Shown here piece after piece: positions 27,411 to 42,010 of a stretch of DNA of 64,000 nt; position 1 is the first letter of the stretch; every line of letters starts with the position of its first letter. Source of the DNA: Octopus vulgaris. Taxonomy: Eukaryota. The notes under the pieces are model-generated. The model did no database searches, was not told the DNA's origin, and worked only from the letters and a program-made list of their open reading frames with translations. The stretch is taken from assembly GCA_951406725.2 (NCBI GenBank), contig OX597814.1, positions 91,388,001-91,452,000 on the forward strand, in the 5' to 3' direction. The position numbers and the translations under genes are program-made.

Positions 27411-28440
27411 CTAAAAACTTGAAAAAATTACTAACAAAGGCAAAATTTGACCTTAGCAACAAAGACCAAACATTCACTGTATCTAAATATAATAACAGCC
27501 GTTGTGGTACATGCCGATTCATACATACCGGCCAATATAAACACAAAAACCGGAAAAATATTCACAAACGCGAACATGAACTGCAAAAGCAGAGATTTAA
27601 TTTACTGCATCAAATGCCCAAATTGTGAAGAAGTATATGTAGGTCAGACGGGAAATGCACTATCAGAACGCTCACGGGTACACCGACAACAGATTAGAGA
27701 CCCAGAGGTCCGTCAGATACCTTTGCGTAACCACCTAGCAACATGTGGTCGGAAAATATATATAATATTTCCATTCTACAAATTACACAGCCCAAGTGAA
27801 ATCGAGAGGAAACTCAGAGAAAAGAATTTTATTGATAAATTCGAACCCAAGCTAAATAAGCAATAATAATAATACTTCTACTGCTACGACCATGACCACT
27901 AACAACAACAACAATACTAAAAGTGATCAAGATGAAGATAACTGGAAAAATATCTCATTTAGGCTTAAAAGTTCTATGGCCACCACCATCACCCCTAGGA
28001 ACAATAATTGTGGTGCTGACAATGATGATGATGACAATTGAAATATAAAAATCCCTGACAAAGGCTATTTACAACATTTCTAAAAATAGCCCAGCAATTG
28101 CTGCCTCGGCCAGGGTTAAGATACAGGACTCTTGACATGTTCAACAAAGCGTAACGCCTAAACCAACCAATCAGCTTAAGTAATTGAGTGCTGCTACACA
28201 CTGATTGAATACAGTTTGCAAAACCTAGCAATCTGGAGCCCACACAGGTGTATTTAAGGCACAGATTTAACCATCTCGCTACAGTAAAAAATTATGAAGC
28301 ATGACTGTCACCACTACTACATGAACCTGAAGATTGCAGAATTTAATGCATGAAAGTACAAGTTCAATCAGAATGAACATTTAACATTCTACTATTTTAT
28401 TTTATTCTATTATTTTATCTTATATTATATATCATTATAA
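27411..28440 (+). mobile_element. 5'-truncated Neptune-type Penelope element: Cys linker, GIY-YIG endonuclease and pLTR with hammerhead
   Basis: KNLKKLLTKAKF, RCGTCRFI, CKSRDLIYCIKCPNCEEVYVGQT...ERSRVHRQQIR...NHL...EKNFIDKFEPKLN (ends 27866). Hammerhead at 28322-28366: tgaac CTGAAGA t tgca..tgca t GAAA gtac AA gttca. Confidence 0.85.
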
Positions 28441-28488
28441 GATTGAAAATAAAACGTGAAAATCAGACAAGGTTGGAATTCTTTTTTA

Positions 28489-28528
<40 letters not shown>

Positions 28529-29555
28529 TATGCATAGAGAGAGAGAGGGGGGGTCGCAGAGCGGGAGAGAGACGAAGTGAGAAAGAAGTAGAAAATTTTT
28601 ATGAATATTTTAAAGTAAGTTCTAAACAAATCAAAATGCTTTCATTTTGGTGGCCGGTCGCAATTTAAAAACCAAAAGAGAACATCTGTGTGTGTATGTG
28701 TGTGTGTGTTAGTATGTGTGCTTGGATGTGTGTGTTCGCGCGCGTTTGTATACATATATGTACATATACGAAAGTATGTATGTATCTATGTATATATGTA
28801 CGTATGTATGCATGTATGTATATGTGTGTACGTATGCATGCATGTAAAACATGAACGTTAGTTTTCATTAATATATTCGTCCAGTTTATCTAACAAACTG
28901 TTGGGTCTCAAAATATTTTGACAGACTCTTTTAAACTGATTTCCCCATACACTTTGAACTATGTTGATCAGAATAAGTACTATTCGAATATATAGGAGTC
29001 TTTTTTTTATATCTCCTTTGTATAAGGTCGATTATTGGATTATTGTCATATAGTGGAGATAAATAAAAAAACTGAGAAAATTGTTAAAATACGTGGAAAA
29101 AACAAAAACAGAATTAAATGAGGAATTAAATAAGGAAGTCGAATATCTGTGACACATGACTTGATGTGAGAGATAGCTGAGTAATACGCGTAGTTGCATA
29201 GAAACAGGATTCTTACTGTGCCAGATAAAACAATGGTATAATGAAGACTGGTAGGATGTTTGAAAATGTTACCATGCAAATATATATTACTACAAATTCG
29301 AGACTAACAAATTTCAAGTTCTTAAATTATGTTATACTGGAGAGCTCAGAAGAAAGGCGAAATGGCGCTATCTATACTGCCACTACAGGAATATCTAATC
29401 AGTTGATTTATGCAAATATAGAAACATTTCAAGCTTATTCATTCATTTGAATAAGACGTCTTAAGATTAGAAGAAAAAGAGTCAAAATATAAAACTAGAA
29501 TCGGTTGTCTCCCCTTAAGGAGAATATTCACTCTTTCCGTAATCTCATAGTAATT

Positions 29556-29623
<68 letters not shown>

Positions 29624-30198
29624 TCAATCGGTAAATTATGCTATAAATATACGTTAAAAAAAGTCACGCCAGCTGCTTCAATATCTGAATTTTGGCAATA
29701 ATGTTCAATGTGTAATATATCAGGATGCCGTAGGTCGCTAAAATATGAACAGAAACAGGTTGGGCAACAAAACAATTGGTATATATATCACTTTATGTTT
29801 CTGTGGATTAAACTGCTAGGAAGATTTGGACTTCAAATATACTAAAAGAGGTTTTGATACTAAGGGACATAACACTTAACTTAATCCCTTTTACGTTTTG
29901 TTTCATCATCTTTGTTCACAGCAACCGCAAGCCGGATATGTCTATTTACCTCCAATAAGAGAGAACAGTCGCCCTATTTCATTACGTATCGGCTACCTCT
30001 GAGAAGCGTAGGGTTACATAATCGGATTGTTACCTCACACTCCGTTGAATCCCGAGTGCAAAACCGATTGGTAAGATCTTCCGTAGTGGATATATAATAC
30101 TGTAATCTTCGGATAATAAACCCAATCTAGCGACAGATATACAAGTGCATTTTATTCCTGACTTATGGACTCTTAGACAACTTATTTACGCACACACG

Positions 30199-30275
<77 letters not shown>

Positions 30276-31149
30276 ACATGTACATATATATATATGCATG
30301 AATATGTATGTATACATGTACATATATATATATATTGTATTGGATACATTCATACATCAAACACTTTGTCAGCGATAGTGTCATGTAAATTTGTATTAAT
30401 TTATATTTAACGTGCATCAGATAAGTGCATAACATCAATAAGCAGCCTGCAGCTGAAACCAACCAGATGTCTTAACTCTGAGGATTATCTAACTCTTGTC
30501 TGTCAATACTTGTATTGCTACTTATTGGATTCTTCTGTTCCTAGGTCGTCAGAATACAGACTGCACGCTATCAAAATTCATTGACAGGCTGTTTTCACAC
30601 GTTGCTATTGATAACAATATCTGCAGAGTTAGATGATTTTAAACTATAAGCGCCAAATTATTTAGAACTTCCTTGGAATCAAGTTAACGTCTCTGTTAGG
30701 ATAAATTGTCTCAGCTAGGTCACAATAACCTATTGTATTATTTATCCATTATATTCCGACCGTATACAACAGAAGCTGCTGTCATTTAGTGGATCGATTA
30801 AGTATTAGTATTTTGGATATTACTTCTTGCTCCAGTATAGTTTAAAATGAAATTATTGTTTTCGAAACACTCATTGACTGAAGTGCGATCTTTTTTCTCA
30901 CTTTATGGATGATGCGTTGTTATAGTGGATGAGTTAGCTTATTGTTGCTTATTTAGTTCTAATCCATCGTTATATAAGTGCACACAGAGCTGAACATTGT
31001 TCCGGAGGGACATCTGTCAATACATTCAATAGTGAATAGATTAAGCTTAGCCAACAATAGTCAAATATCATAGATCAGTTATCAGTAGTCTGACTATCTG
31101 GTTTTCTCATTGTCATCAGTGAATATATCATTTTTATGTTATAGACTGC

Positions 31150-31263
31150 GAAAGCGGTCAGCTCGTAGAATCGTAACTGCGCCGTACAAAACTGTTAAGC
31201 GGTATTTCTTCTACCTTTACGTTTTGAGTTCAAATGAGCCGCGGTCGACTTTGCCTTTCATCC
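31150..31263 (+). mobile_element. Partial SINE family B
   Basis: gagttcaaat...ggtcgactttgcctttcatcct matches the other copies. Confidence 0.7.
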
Positions 31264-31474
31264 TAACGATATATATTGCTTAAATATGACACACATATGT
31301 CGATTATATTTTAATATTGTTTCAACATTGTACACCGAATATATACATACTCACAAATACGTATGGCCCATGACACTGCATGAACCGTAGGACATGTGTA
31401 GAATTTGAATGAAACCGTTTGGGTAGTTCTCGAGTTTTAGGGATTCACACAGACAGACAAACATACATTCTCAT

Positions 31475-31557
<83 letters not shown>

Positions 31558-31849
31558 TGTGTGTATGTATGTATGTATGCGTGTGTATATATGTATGTGT
31601 GAATATGTGTATGCATGTATGCATGTATGTATATGTGTGTGAGTGTTTGTGTGTATGTTTGACCCCAAGGTGCTTCATAACAAGAGTACGAACCCGTAAT
31701 TTAGCAGTTCAGCAAAAGACATGATAGAATAACTACTAGGTTTAAAGAAATATATACTGGGGGTAGTGGACTTTTCGTACGTCTAAAGCCCACGACGGTG
31801 CACCACTATTTATATACCGTTATCGTAACTGATCTACTTGTTTGTCGAT

Positions 31850-34260
31850 GAAATCAATTTTTGAAATGACTATCAGTGCAAGACCACCTCGAAAGTGGAT
31901 ATCAGAGAAACGCATCAGTGAGCCTTACTTGACAGTTTAGTTCAAATTGAATGTTTCATAAACAAAAACATAAAAAATTCATTGCTCATAGTTCATAGTT
32001 AGATGATTGTTTTAGCACTATCAATAGTGTGAACATAATCCACTCTGGATGACATTCACGCCATATATTTTTTATTTCAGGCTTATAACACTGACTTTCT
32101 GCAGGTCAATATTGCAACCAAAGTTATAAAATGCCAAACAGCAATAAAACCATGAGACCATTCTTGAAATACCTTCGCACATATAAAACGCTTAAAAACA
32201 AGATTACAGTCGTATCTTTGCATATGCTAGAGGAGCTTGTGTACGGTACACCTACGTATAGGTGTACTTAGCAAACTGAGATATTTCTCTAAGTGACATA
32301 GATGAAAGTGTAGATATCAAGAAAAGTTAAAACACAAATTGTACAAAGGAATATGGCGTTTTTCTTAACTTGCGGTATTAGAAAGTGTTCACCCAAGCAA
32401 TATTATAGCCATGATAAATTCTGCCGATTCAAAATACATCGTGGTACAAAGTATGATGCACTACACGATTTTTCTGGAGGTTAAATACAGCTTTAGATAT
32501 TTGTCCCTTTTTAAAGCTACAAATGGTGAGGTGTACCAACAAATGTTTGTTTTCATCTTTAATATATATACTGATTCGATTAATCCCTAGCAAAAGAAAA
32601 ACTATAAAATTAGTTTGAATCTTAAACCTTTTTATCTTAAGAGAAGACAAAACACAGATAAGTGGGCTAAATAAACAACGTTGGCCTCAAACCTGAGACT
32701 GCATGCAAAACGTACCCCATATTATGTTGAACAGTACTCGAAATAGAATGTCTAATTAAAATTGATACGATATGAAAGTTTTGATGCAGGTGTAGTCTTT
32801 AAAATAGAGAAAAAAACAGTTATTCTCTGCCCAGGAAAATATATCCAAAATATACAGTTTGTAGCAAATGCTTATAAAGCTGCGTAATGCATATTAACTC
32901 ATATACAATTTTTATCCTGTTTCTGAACTGGAAAATTTGGCTTGGTGAACGAATTGCAAAGAGTCTATGTGCACGGATATGAATAAACTATAAGACACTT
33001 GGATAACTGAAGTTGAATTTATCATAAAATAATCTTTTGAGTATTTGCTTTTCAAGATAGGATACTGAAGTTGGTATATTCTAACACATTACAACTGTTA
33101 AGCAATTCTAGGGGAAAATGAGATATTTGGATCAATGGTTTGAAACCATTGAAATATTTTGTTGATGTTTACCTTTAATAGAAATTGTTGATAGCACATG
33201 CTAAGAGTGTTATTTGGAAACGTTCCTGCATTGGATCGAAGCTAATCCCATTGCGAATTCAATTTACAAGTTCAAGTTTCTCACCACTTTTATGTGTGAA
33301 CATCCTTTTCGAAGTCAATCTTTATAAGCTAACTACTTTATGATAAGGAAACTAACTTAAATTCAGTTACAAAACAAATCCCAGTGATGAGAAATGGCAA
33401 CAATTTTTGAGATATGTTTATGAAACTTTGATAATTTCGGTTTGGTCATTTTTTCTCTAAATAAACACACGCACTATATATTTGTTCTTCATTCGTTTAT
33501 TACTGTTCATTTTTTATTTTAACTAATGTCCATTGTCCGGAAATCTTTCGACACATCTGTGACCTCTTCAGTGACACTATTCGTCTTCATGTGTGCTCTT
33601 TCTCCAAATACTCTATTTTCTGAGATTGCAAACGTGTTAAAGGTTGTACCAAATGTTGGGACAAAATCGTGAAAGGAGGGTAAGAAATAACAGTTAAGAA
33701 GAGACATCTGAAGATTGAAAGCAGAAGTTCGAAAGAAATTTCTTTAATGTCTTTTTCATACATATGCATTTTCTTGAATGCAACAGTAAGAAAACGCAGT
33801 TCTCTATTTGATTTCCAGAATGCTATTTGCAAGTTTGTAGAAAATATCTATTGAAAACGTACGTAAGAGTTGAAAATTTGGAAATGACATTGATAAATAG
33901 CTTAAACAAAGATTATAGATGCTGAAAATTTCTAGGGTGAACTTATAACTATAGATCAAAGGTTTCTGAAGTCTTTACAGCTATAACGAATACTCCATGT
34001 AATTTTAAAGCACAGCTGGTTAAGTCTAAAGCTTCTTTTCCTCTAAGTATTTTCTTGCATTGTCAGCATTAGAAACAATCGCTGAACATAGTTTATCAAA
34101 GCTAAACATTGGAAGAAACAATTTATTCTGTGCAATATTGCGAAAGAGACTTGTTGCCTTGGTAACTATATCATTTAAACAAATTCATTCATCACTATTG
34201 ATCTGATTAAATTGGAGACAAAATTTATAATCAGTTATGAAGGCACACAAAGTTAGATCT
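31850..34260 (+). pseudogene. Decayed hAT transposase (ZMYM1-like type)
   Basis: Ordered remnants DESVDI (~32301), YDALHDFSG (~32452), and C-terminal dimerisation-like AEHSLSKLNIGRNNL...RLVALVTIS (~34081-34175; cf. ERSFSKLK..K.YLRS.M...RL..LA..S). Confidence 0.55.
33440..33620 (-). mobile_element. Hammerhead-bearing short element inserted in the hAT relic
   Basis: Minus 33576-33534: tgtca CTGAAGA g gtcac agat gtgtc GAAA gatt TC cggaca. Shares tggtcatttt...aaacacacgcactatat with 2073-2400. Confidence 0.65.
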
Positions 34261-36943
34261 TGGAGTGATTCATGTTTAAACTTATATGAGATATAAATCG
34301 TATCACCGCAGTTCCTGAGATTTTAAAATTAAAAAAAAGCCAAATTCTTTAAATCTGTTATTTTTAATTTATTTTTTGTTACTTTCCCTCTGTTACTGTG
34401 AACAATATTCTCTTGGCATCATGATTTATTTGCACTAATCAATCTTCAAATATATGTAAAATTAAAGGTGTGCGAAGTAATTTTTTATTGCTATTTTTGC
34501 TAGTCAGATGTACGCATTATATTAAATGTTTTTAGTTCAAAACGATTTGTGCTCCAGAATATACTATTTTGCATTTGCAAGTAGCAATTAAAAACTGATG
34601 AATTATTTATTCGAATGTATTGAAATACAATTTATCAGTTTCACATTTTGCTTTACTTTTCTGAATACGATCAACAATGTGTGGGTTTCGAGAATGGCAA
34701 TGAATGAAAAATTGCTTCGTATCGTTTATTGTTATGTAAAATAGTCGTTAGTGTTTTGAGAGTAACGGAAAAATTAGTTACTCCTGCCTACGGCTTGAAA
34801 TGTGATACATAACACTGAGATAAATAAAATCAAAAGAAGAAAATTTTTCTGATAAGTTATTGTCGTCGCGACTCCTTTAATACTTTTTTTGCTAGTTATG
34901 GGAACGTTATTTAAGTCTTTCACGGTATATCCTTACAAATAGCAAATCCTTACAAATAGCAAACCTAGTCTTTCAGACGCTGTTTCAGAAATAATAAAAC
35001 AGTAAATATTTTAAATGGCTAGCAAGCAATAATGCAAAGGCACACATTGATTAAAGCATTTACTTCATGACTTAATAAAAAAAAGTCCAAATGAAAATAA
35101 AACAAAATTCAAAAAATGTAATTTTAACTGCAAAAACTGCCAGGTTTAGTAGTTTTCTAAGTTCGTCAGACGACCTACCATTAACTATAAAATAATAAAA
35201 TATTTCTATCCTGATATATAGTATAGCCTGGATTATATAAATCAAATGCTTGTTTCGTTTTAAAGTTATGAATTGAAAGATTGTTTTTAGTAGGTGAAGC
35301 ACCTGCGAAGAGTCTCTCTCTATTTAATGTACACGGCAGAAAAGATTTTGATATTGGCTTTGATGGCGCAGGGTTGTCTCTTGGTTAAACAATAACTAAT
35401 ATTTTTAACAATCCCTGGAGAGCCTTTTATCAAAATAATTAAATAAATGAATAAATAAATAAATAAATAACGTCGACAATTGCTTTCTTTCATGTCACTA
35501 GTATTCTTGAAGTGCTTATCGAATATGAAATCCCTCTAATTAATAAACGCCTAAATCATTGTTCGAGTATTACGACTTGAACAACTTACATAATGGAAGG
35601 AAATTGAATACAAAAATCAAATTCTTTAACACAATGACACAGTGTTTTAAAATTTAGAGATACAACATTCAAATGGAATTAACATGATAGTATTTCTATG
35701 AGCCCTACTAGTTTATTATTAATATACACAAGAAGCTACATGACGTTCAATCTTATTCCCACGAAAACTTTACAGAGGGAGAGAATCCTACAAAAATAAG
35801 TACCATATATTCACATAATAGATAGTGCATATGCTGTATTTTGAAAATAAACTTAAATATAAGTACCATTGAGTACATACAACCATCGATATTCAGGTTT
35901 CAACTAAATCAGTACCTGCATTTGTTTAATATTTACTTTAACAATGCTATGAAATAATTCTCAAATTTGCTTTTGAAAATTGTAAAAGAGAACACAATCT
36001 ATAACTAAATCATCCCAATTATTTTATTAACTTTTCAACTGAATGTGCCATCAATATTGCAATGATATTTCAATGCCTATTAAAAAGAGTTCCACATTCG
36101 AATGTATAGATGTGTTGCACTAGACAAGCAAGTTAGTAATAGCTATGATCAAAATCATACCAGTATATAACAATTCAACCTTTTCCAAGCAGCTATTTTT
36201 TTGCAGTTCATCGCTTTCTTGCTTTCAAATACACACATACATACACACAGGTACATACATGCATACATATATATAATTTGCTTTCAGCATTTCACTTAAC
36301 GTCTATGTTCCATTGTGACATGAGTTGGAGAGTTGTTAATGTAGAAAGTTGGCATCTCAGCCACTAGCATTTGAGACCCGTGTAATCTACACCTGCATAA
36401 TCTAGAGAGAAACAAATGGAAAACAAGATATGTAACATAAAGAAAGACTCCTCCAAATTTCGAGAAATTCACGACAATATGAGGCTTATTTTGGTTTGCA
36501 GGAGCAACTGTTTTTCGAAGCCTCACATTCTCGTGAATTTCTGGAAAGTTGATGACAAAAGCAGGACAGAGGAGATATACAACAAACCAAACCAAACGAA
36601 AGCAAACAGGGAGGGCCATTAGGCCAGACGAGGTAAGGGAGCGAACGCGGAGGAATATTGTCTTTGACAAAGGAAAGGTTAGGAAAGGAGACAGATAAGA
36701 ATGTGTCTGGTCTGTGTGACAGACTGAAGGAAAAGAAAGATTAACGTATTTCGTGATGTTTTAGTAATTCGTAATTCATGTTGTATTCGTATTTCATGGT
36801 GTTTACGTTTAGTGACGTCCTGTGCCCATATATGCACACACACACACATATATATATATATTTTGGAATGGTCATTTTGCCAGTTTAGCCAATAAAGTAA
36901 AAAATAAATAACACTGAAGCAAAATAACAACAAATATATAAAC

Positions 36944-36989
<46 letters not shown>

Positions 36990-37043
36990 GTATATATATA
37001 TATGCCGTTAGAAAACCGATTATAACAGCGACCCCATCAAAGA

Positions 37044-37080
37044 ATATCTGAAGAAGGAATATTATTCCGAAATATCATAT
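37044..37080 (+). ncRNA. Minimal type I hammerhead ribozyme motif (intact core) in a ~170-bp insert between (TA)n tracts
   Basis: atat CTGAAGA a ggaat att attcc GAAA ta TC | atat. Predicted cleavage after C37076. Confidence 0.7.
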
Positions 37081-37166
37081 CAGACAATGGATGACTAAAT
37101 TACAACAGGTATATAGCACATTGTCTGTATTATAATGCATTGTTGTACCATTCAAAACTTTTTATT

Positions 37167-37209
<43 letters not shown>

Positions 37210-37401
37210 TATACATACATATATATGCAAGTATTACGTATACGTATGTATATATGCATATATAGATATATTTTATTTATATTATTATATGATTGAACGC
37301 TACGCATCCATTTCCAAGTAAGTTTATCTTTATATATATATAAATACATACATATGTACATATATATATATATATATACAGAGAGAGTGAGAGAGAGAGA
37401 G

Positions 37402-37590
37402 AGTTTACGAAAAAAAACAAAAGATGAAGACAGGTGGTGTACAAAACAAACAGATGTATTAGTATAATGCTCAGGAATAGAAAACGTCTTTTACGTTTCG
37501 AGCTTACGCTCTTCTACGGAGAGGGGCACAGAAAAAAGTAAGGAGAGAAACAAGGAGAGAAAAACATGTGTGTGGTGACTAACGATACAC
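37402..37590 (-). mobile_element. Short repeat with degenerate hammerhead, same family as 46437-46623
   Basis: Shares aaacaaaaga(t/c)gaagacaggtggtgta...acgtttcgagc(t/c)tacgctcttc with 46437-46623. Confidence 0.65.
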
Positions 37591-37627
37591 ACACACAGGC
37601 ACACACACACGCACACACACACACACC

Positions 37628-37682
<55 letters not shown>

Positions 37683-37691
37683 TAATAAATA

Positions 37692-37733
<42 letters not shown>

Positions 37734-39289
37734 TATGTATGCATGTATTGAATTAGCCAATGATCAAAATACAGAGTAAAGTATTATAATATAGAAGACT
37801 ATTTCTCATTAACATAGTTGGTAAACAAATATAGATCATTACCAATATATCTTTAAGCTCTATCCTTGATAAATGAATATTTTTGTGATAACAATTTATT
37901 TTTCAAATAAAATAGCAATTTAACTGAGAATTTTATAAATTATTAAAATAAACAAATAATGTGTTATATAAATTCATGTAAGTGTATCCATGTATATTTG
38001 TTCATACATTGAAATTTATCTCAATGTACGCACAAATATTCATGAACACATTTATATACAAACATTTGCATGCATAAGATAACACCACAAATGCTGAAAC
38101 ACAGTCGCAGTCGCTGTAAAACTCATTGGTCGAAAGTCTATTGACTGAAATGCAATTTAAAACATACTGGTTTATGAGAAATGCATCGAAAAACATAAAC
38201 ATGGTTATTTATTACTAGAAACCACAGAAAACCATCAAAAGTTAATTTATTTTTCAATAGCAAAAAAAAAGGTCTTTCTAAACGAAGTACATTTTCAATT
38301 TATTTTCGAGTTCCCTGGGATGAGTATAAGAAAATAAATATCTATTGAAATAGAGTAAAACAAAATGTCCACTACCTTTGAAACAACTTTTGTATAGATT
38401 TTAAATTAGGAGTACAAATTGTTTTATTGTAGTAAATTTTCAATTAATTTGTGTGTTTATGCATGTTCTTTCTATAACGTCCGACATAATACATAATTGT
38501 AAGGTTTAATTTCTTGAGTACCTATAGTAACAGTAGCCGTTGCTAACATGATCATGAGATTCATTAATGGAGTATTGTTGGTTACATCTACCCAATAACT
38601 TGAGTGTGTAATACTGGTTTTATTGATCCATGTAAGATAATAAACATGATAACAATACCGCAATTTGGTTGCAGAAGAAATGTAACTCAATGATACAAAC
38701 TATTTGGTTCCATTTCCTATGAACTCATCACCACATCGTCCACTTACTTTGTAATAACTATTTCTAACAGAAAAATCAATGGACACTAGTACTTCTCAGA
38801 TGCTTAAGGAGTAATTCTCAATTGATTATTGTATCGGCTAGAGTATCCTTATCCAGGTAGCTAACGATTTTCTGACATGAATGTTAATAATTTATAGCTG
38901 TCGAAAATAAAACCCTCAAGCTGATATGAAAGTTTGTAAAATATATGAAATCTATTAATTCTAGTTACATATTGAGGCATTATGACAGTTGGTTCAAATA
39001 TCAATAAATCATCGCATTATTATCGATATAGTTTTTATCTATTTGAAAAATATTAAAAAATCAACGAATATGTTATCTACGAATTCCAAATCAACCATGT
39101 ATGCATGTATGTATGTATGTATATATGTATGTATGTTTGTATGTGTGTGTATGTATGTATGTTTGTATGTGTGTGTATGCATGTATGTATGTATGAGTGT
39201 ATGTATGTAAGTATTATGTATGCATGCATGAATTCATGTATACGTGTATGCATGTATGTATGTATGTATGTATGTATGTATGTATGTAT

Positions 39290-39352
<63 letters not shown>

Positions 39353-41879
39353 CAGTGATATTCTAAAATAGCCGATAGTCTGGCTTGTAAAGTGTTACAA
39401 AATTGATTTAACCAACTTTTCGCCAACTGATAAGTTAATCCTACTAATCAAATGATGTCTGCGTTCACGGAACTGTGTAACAGATGTACTTAATATGGTT
39501 TAAATAACTTCTCAAATCAGTCTTTTGAAGACGAAGTAAGAACAGAAGACAAAAATACAATATTGTAGCATGAGAAACCTTCATACTTTTCATAATTAAT
39601 AATTTATTTATTGAAATATTGGTATTAGTAATAATATATTTAAAGAACAATAAAAGAAAATATTTGTTAAGTACATAATATTCTTTGAAAAAAAAAATGG
39701 TTCTTGTCATTGGTTACATATGCTGATATTTAACATGTATGTAAATGTTTGAGAAAAGAAATATTTGCAAATGAGAAGTTAAACAGAATGTATAAGATGA
39801 TGACAATAAATGTAAACAAGAAAATGGTATTGTATTACTTTGCATAATTTGATTATTTTCCCCTCAATTTCAAAAAGGGAATCTTTCCCGAAATAGTATT
39901 GGATGGCTAAATAACCTTATATAGTACTAAAATATATTTTCCCTTTGTTTTCATTTGATATCACCTAATGTATTTCAATTAACTTCCCTACTGCATAGAC
40001 AGGGGTCTTTTCAAACACAGGTGTGCACGTGCGCACGTGCACGCTTGTACACACACACGCACACACACAGAAACATACACACATATATCCCCTACACAGA
40101 TTGCAAGCCCTTAAGCAAATTACAACACCTCAGTATTTCTTTCTTTATAACCCTTCGTTGTTGACGGTCTTTTTCTCAAGATAACGCTGATTAAGGAAAC
40201 CAAAGACTGAATGAATACCTTTCAGTGAAAGTTATCTAGGACGTAAAACCGTAGCGTATGATTCGAGATACAATTCACTGTTAGTTTTAACTAATCAAAT
40301 CATGTGAAACAGGCTCATGTAATGCTTACAATCTTTTCTGTGATATTTGCGTGCGTATGCTTGTGTGACCTTGTCTGTGTATGGGCATGCATGTGCGTGC
40401 GGCTACATGCATGTGCGTACGGGTGCATACATGAGTGTACGGGTACCTGCATGTGCGTGCGGGTGCATGTGTGCTGCTACGAGTTTATGTTATTCGCTTT
40501 TACACAAAATAATATGCGATTACTGATATTATTCACTTTTTATTCATGACCATCCCTAAAATCCGGATCATGTTGATCGCATTCAGAAACAAGTACAACG
40601 GAAATGGAAATAGCAAAAGAAAAATTTCTGAATTTTACAAAGGTGAAGCCATCGAACTCTCCATGTTATCTCTTCGACTCAGTATAATTATTCATGACCC
40701 TTTTTATGTCCTTCTTCTCCACAGTAATATAATCATCACCTGTCGTTTTAATCGTTATCATTAGCATCATGGGTGTGCGTTGCGGTGTTTCTCTCAATCC
40801 ACTCGAACACGCGAAATTTAAGCCTAGCTTTAGAATTGTTGCTAGAAAACGAATTAACTGGAAAGAAGTCACATAATCTAATCTTGCTATTCAGTTCATG
40901 TAAACAGGCTTTTTCTTTTACAGTCACCCTTGTGTTATTATGCAAAATATATTTGTAGGGAAATATGGCAAAAATTCTGCTAGAAAGTTGAGCTGCTAAC
41001 TTACTACTCCGTTCTGGTTATTGATATTTCTATTAATTAGTGATGCGGGATGAAAATATATTTATGACATAGATAATTTACAATATCTTAAAATCATAAG
41101 AAAATGTGAAAATTGAAACATTTTGTCTAAAGTTCAGTATCGTTTATAGCCATATAATTCCAAGTCATTTTGTAAATTCCACACATTTCCTTTAGCATGT
41201 TAAGATGTTTTTCATGTTTCGTATAATCTATTCCCGCCTTTCTATATCTCAACATAGACTACTACACATTTTGTTGCCACCATTCTCTTTACTACTTTCT
41301 AATGGCCTCATAATCTAGTTTCTCAGAGCCTTCTAGTACATTAAAGTTTCTCAAATCTTGAGGTACCAAATTAAACGAATCGATTATCGAGATGCACAAA
41401 AAGATTTTAGTAAGTTATAAAGCATTCAAGTTATAGTTATTTTCTGAACATACCATTTAGTCAAAATGAAAATAGGATTCCTCTTCACGAATATATGTAT
41501 TGCTTGTGTGCAATCTTATTTTTTACGGAATTTATAGAGTATAAGTCGCCAGCTTTAAAATCTCAATCCAATGACATCCTTTGTAAACACGACGTCTTTG
41601 TTCAGCTCTGAAATTGTTTACCAACAGCATTAATATGAATATGACACATTCCTCTCAACTGGATATATTTCTTTCCATAGTCTAGTTGCTAACCCCGTTG
41701 AGTGAAAACCAGTCCATGTATCAGCTCCTTTCTCAAGCAATGTACTGCGGAATCACATTATCCATTTATTGCTTAACCTTTATATGATGCTAATGTGTGA
41801 TTTGTAAAGAATTCCTCTGCTATTTCTAGCATGGACGATTATGTAAAGACTTTTACGTTGGTTCGCCCCGTCGAACGAT

Positions 41880-42010
41880 ATCGGTTTCAAAAGTTGGCAT
41901 GAGGCCAGTAATTTCCGGGAAATGCTAAGTCGATTGCATTGATACCTGTGTTCGACTGGTACTTATTTTATCGACCCCAGAAGGATGAAAGGCAAGGTCT
42001 ACCACAGTGG
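41880..42010 (-). mobile_element. Partial SINE family B
   Basis: ctggtacttattttatcgaccccagaaggatgaaaggcaaggtc is the reverse complement of the family B central block. Confidence 0.7.

Noticed and set aside
33703-33751. Additional hammerhead-like string gacat CTGAAGA...GAAA gaaatttc TT ta atgtc
   Set aside because: Stem II is only 3 bp and stem I is offset by 2 nt; it lies in the hAT relic and could be chance, so it was not counted.
34929-34962. 17-bp tandem duplication atccttacaaatagcaa x2
   Set aside because: Ordinary slippage duplication with no further structure.
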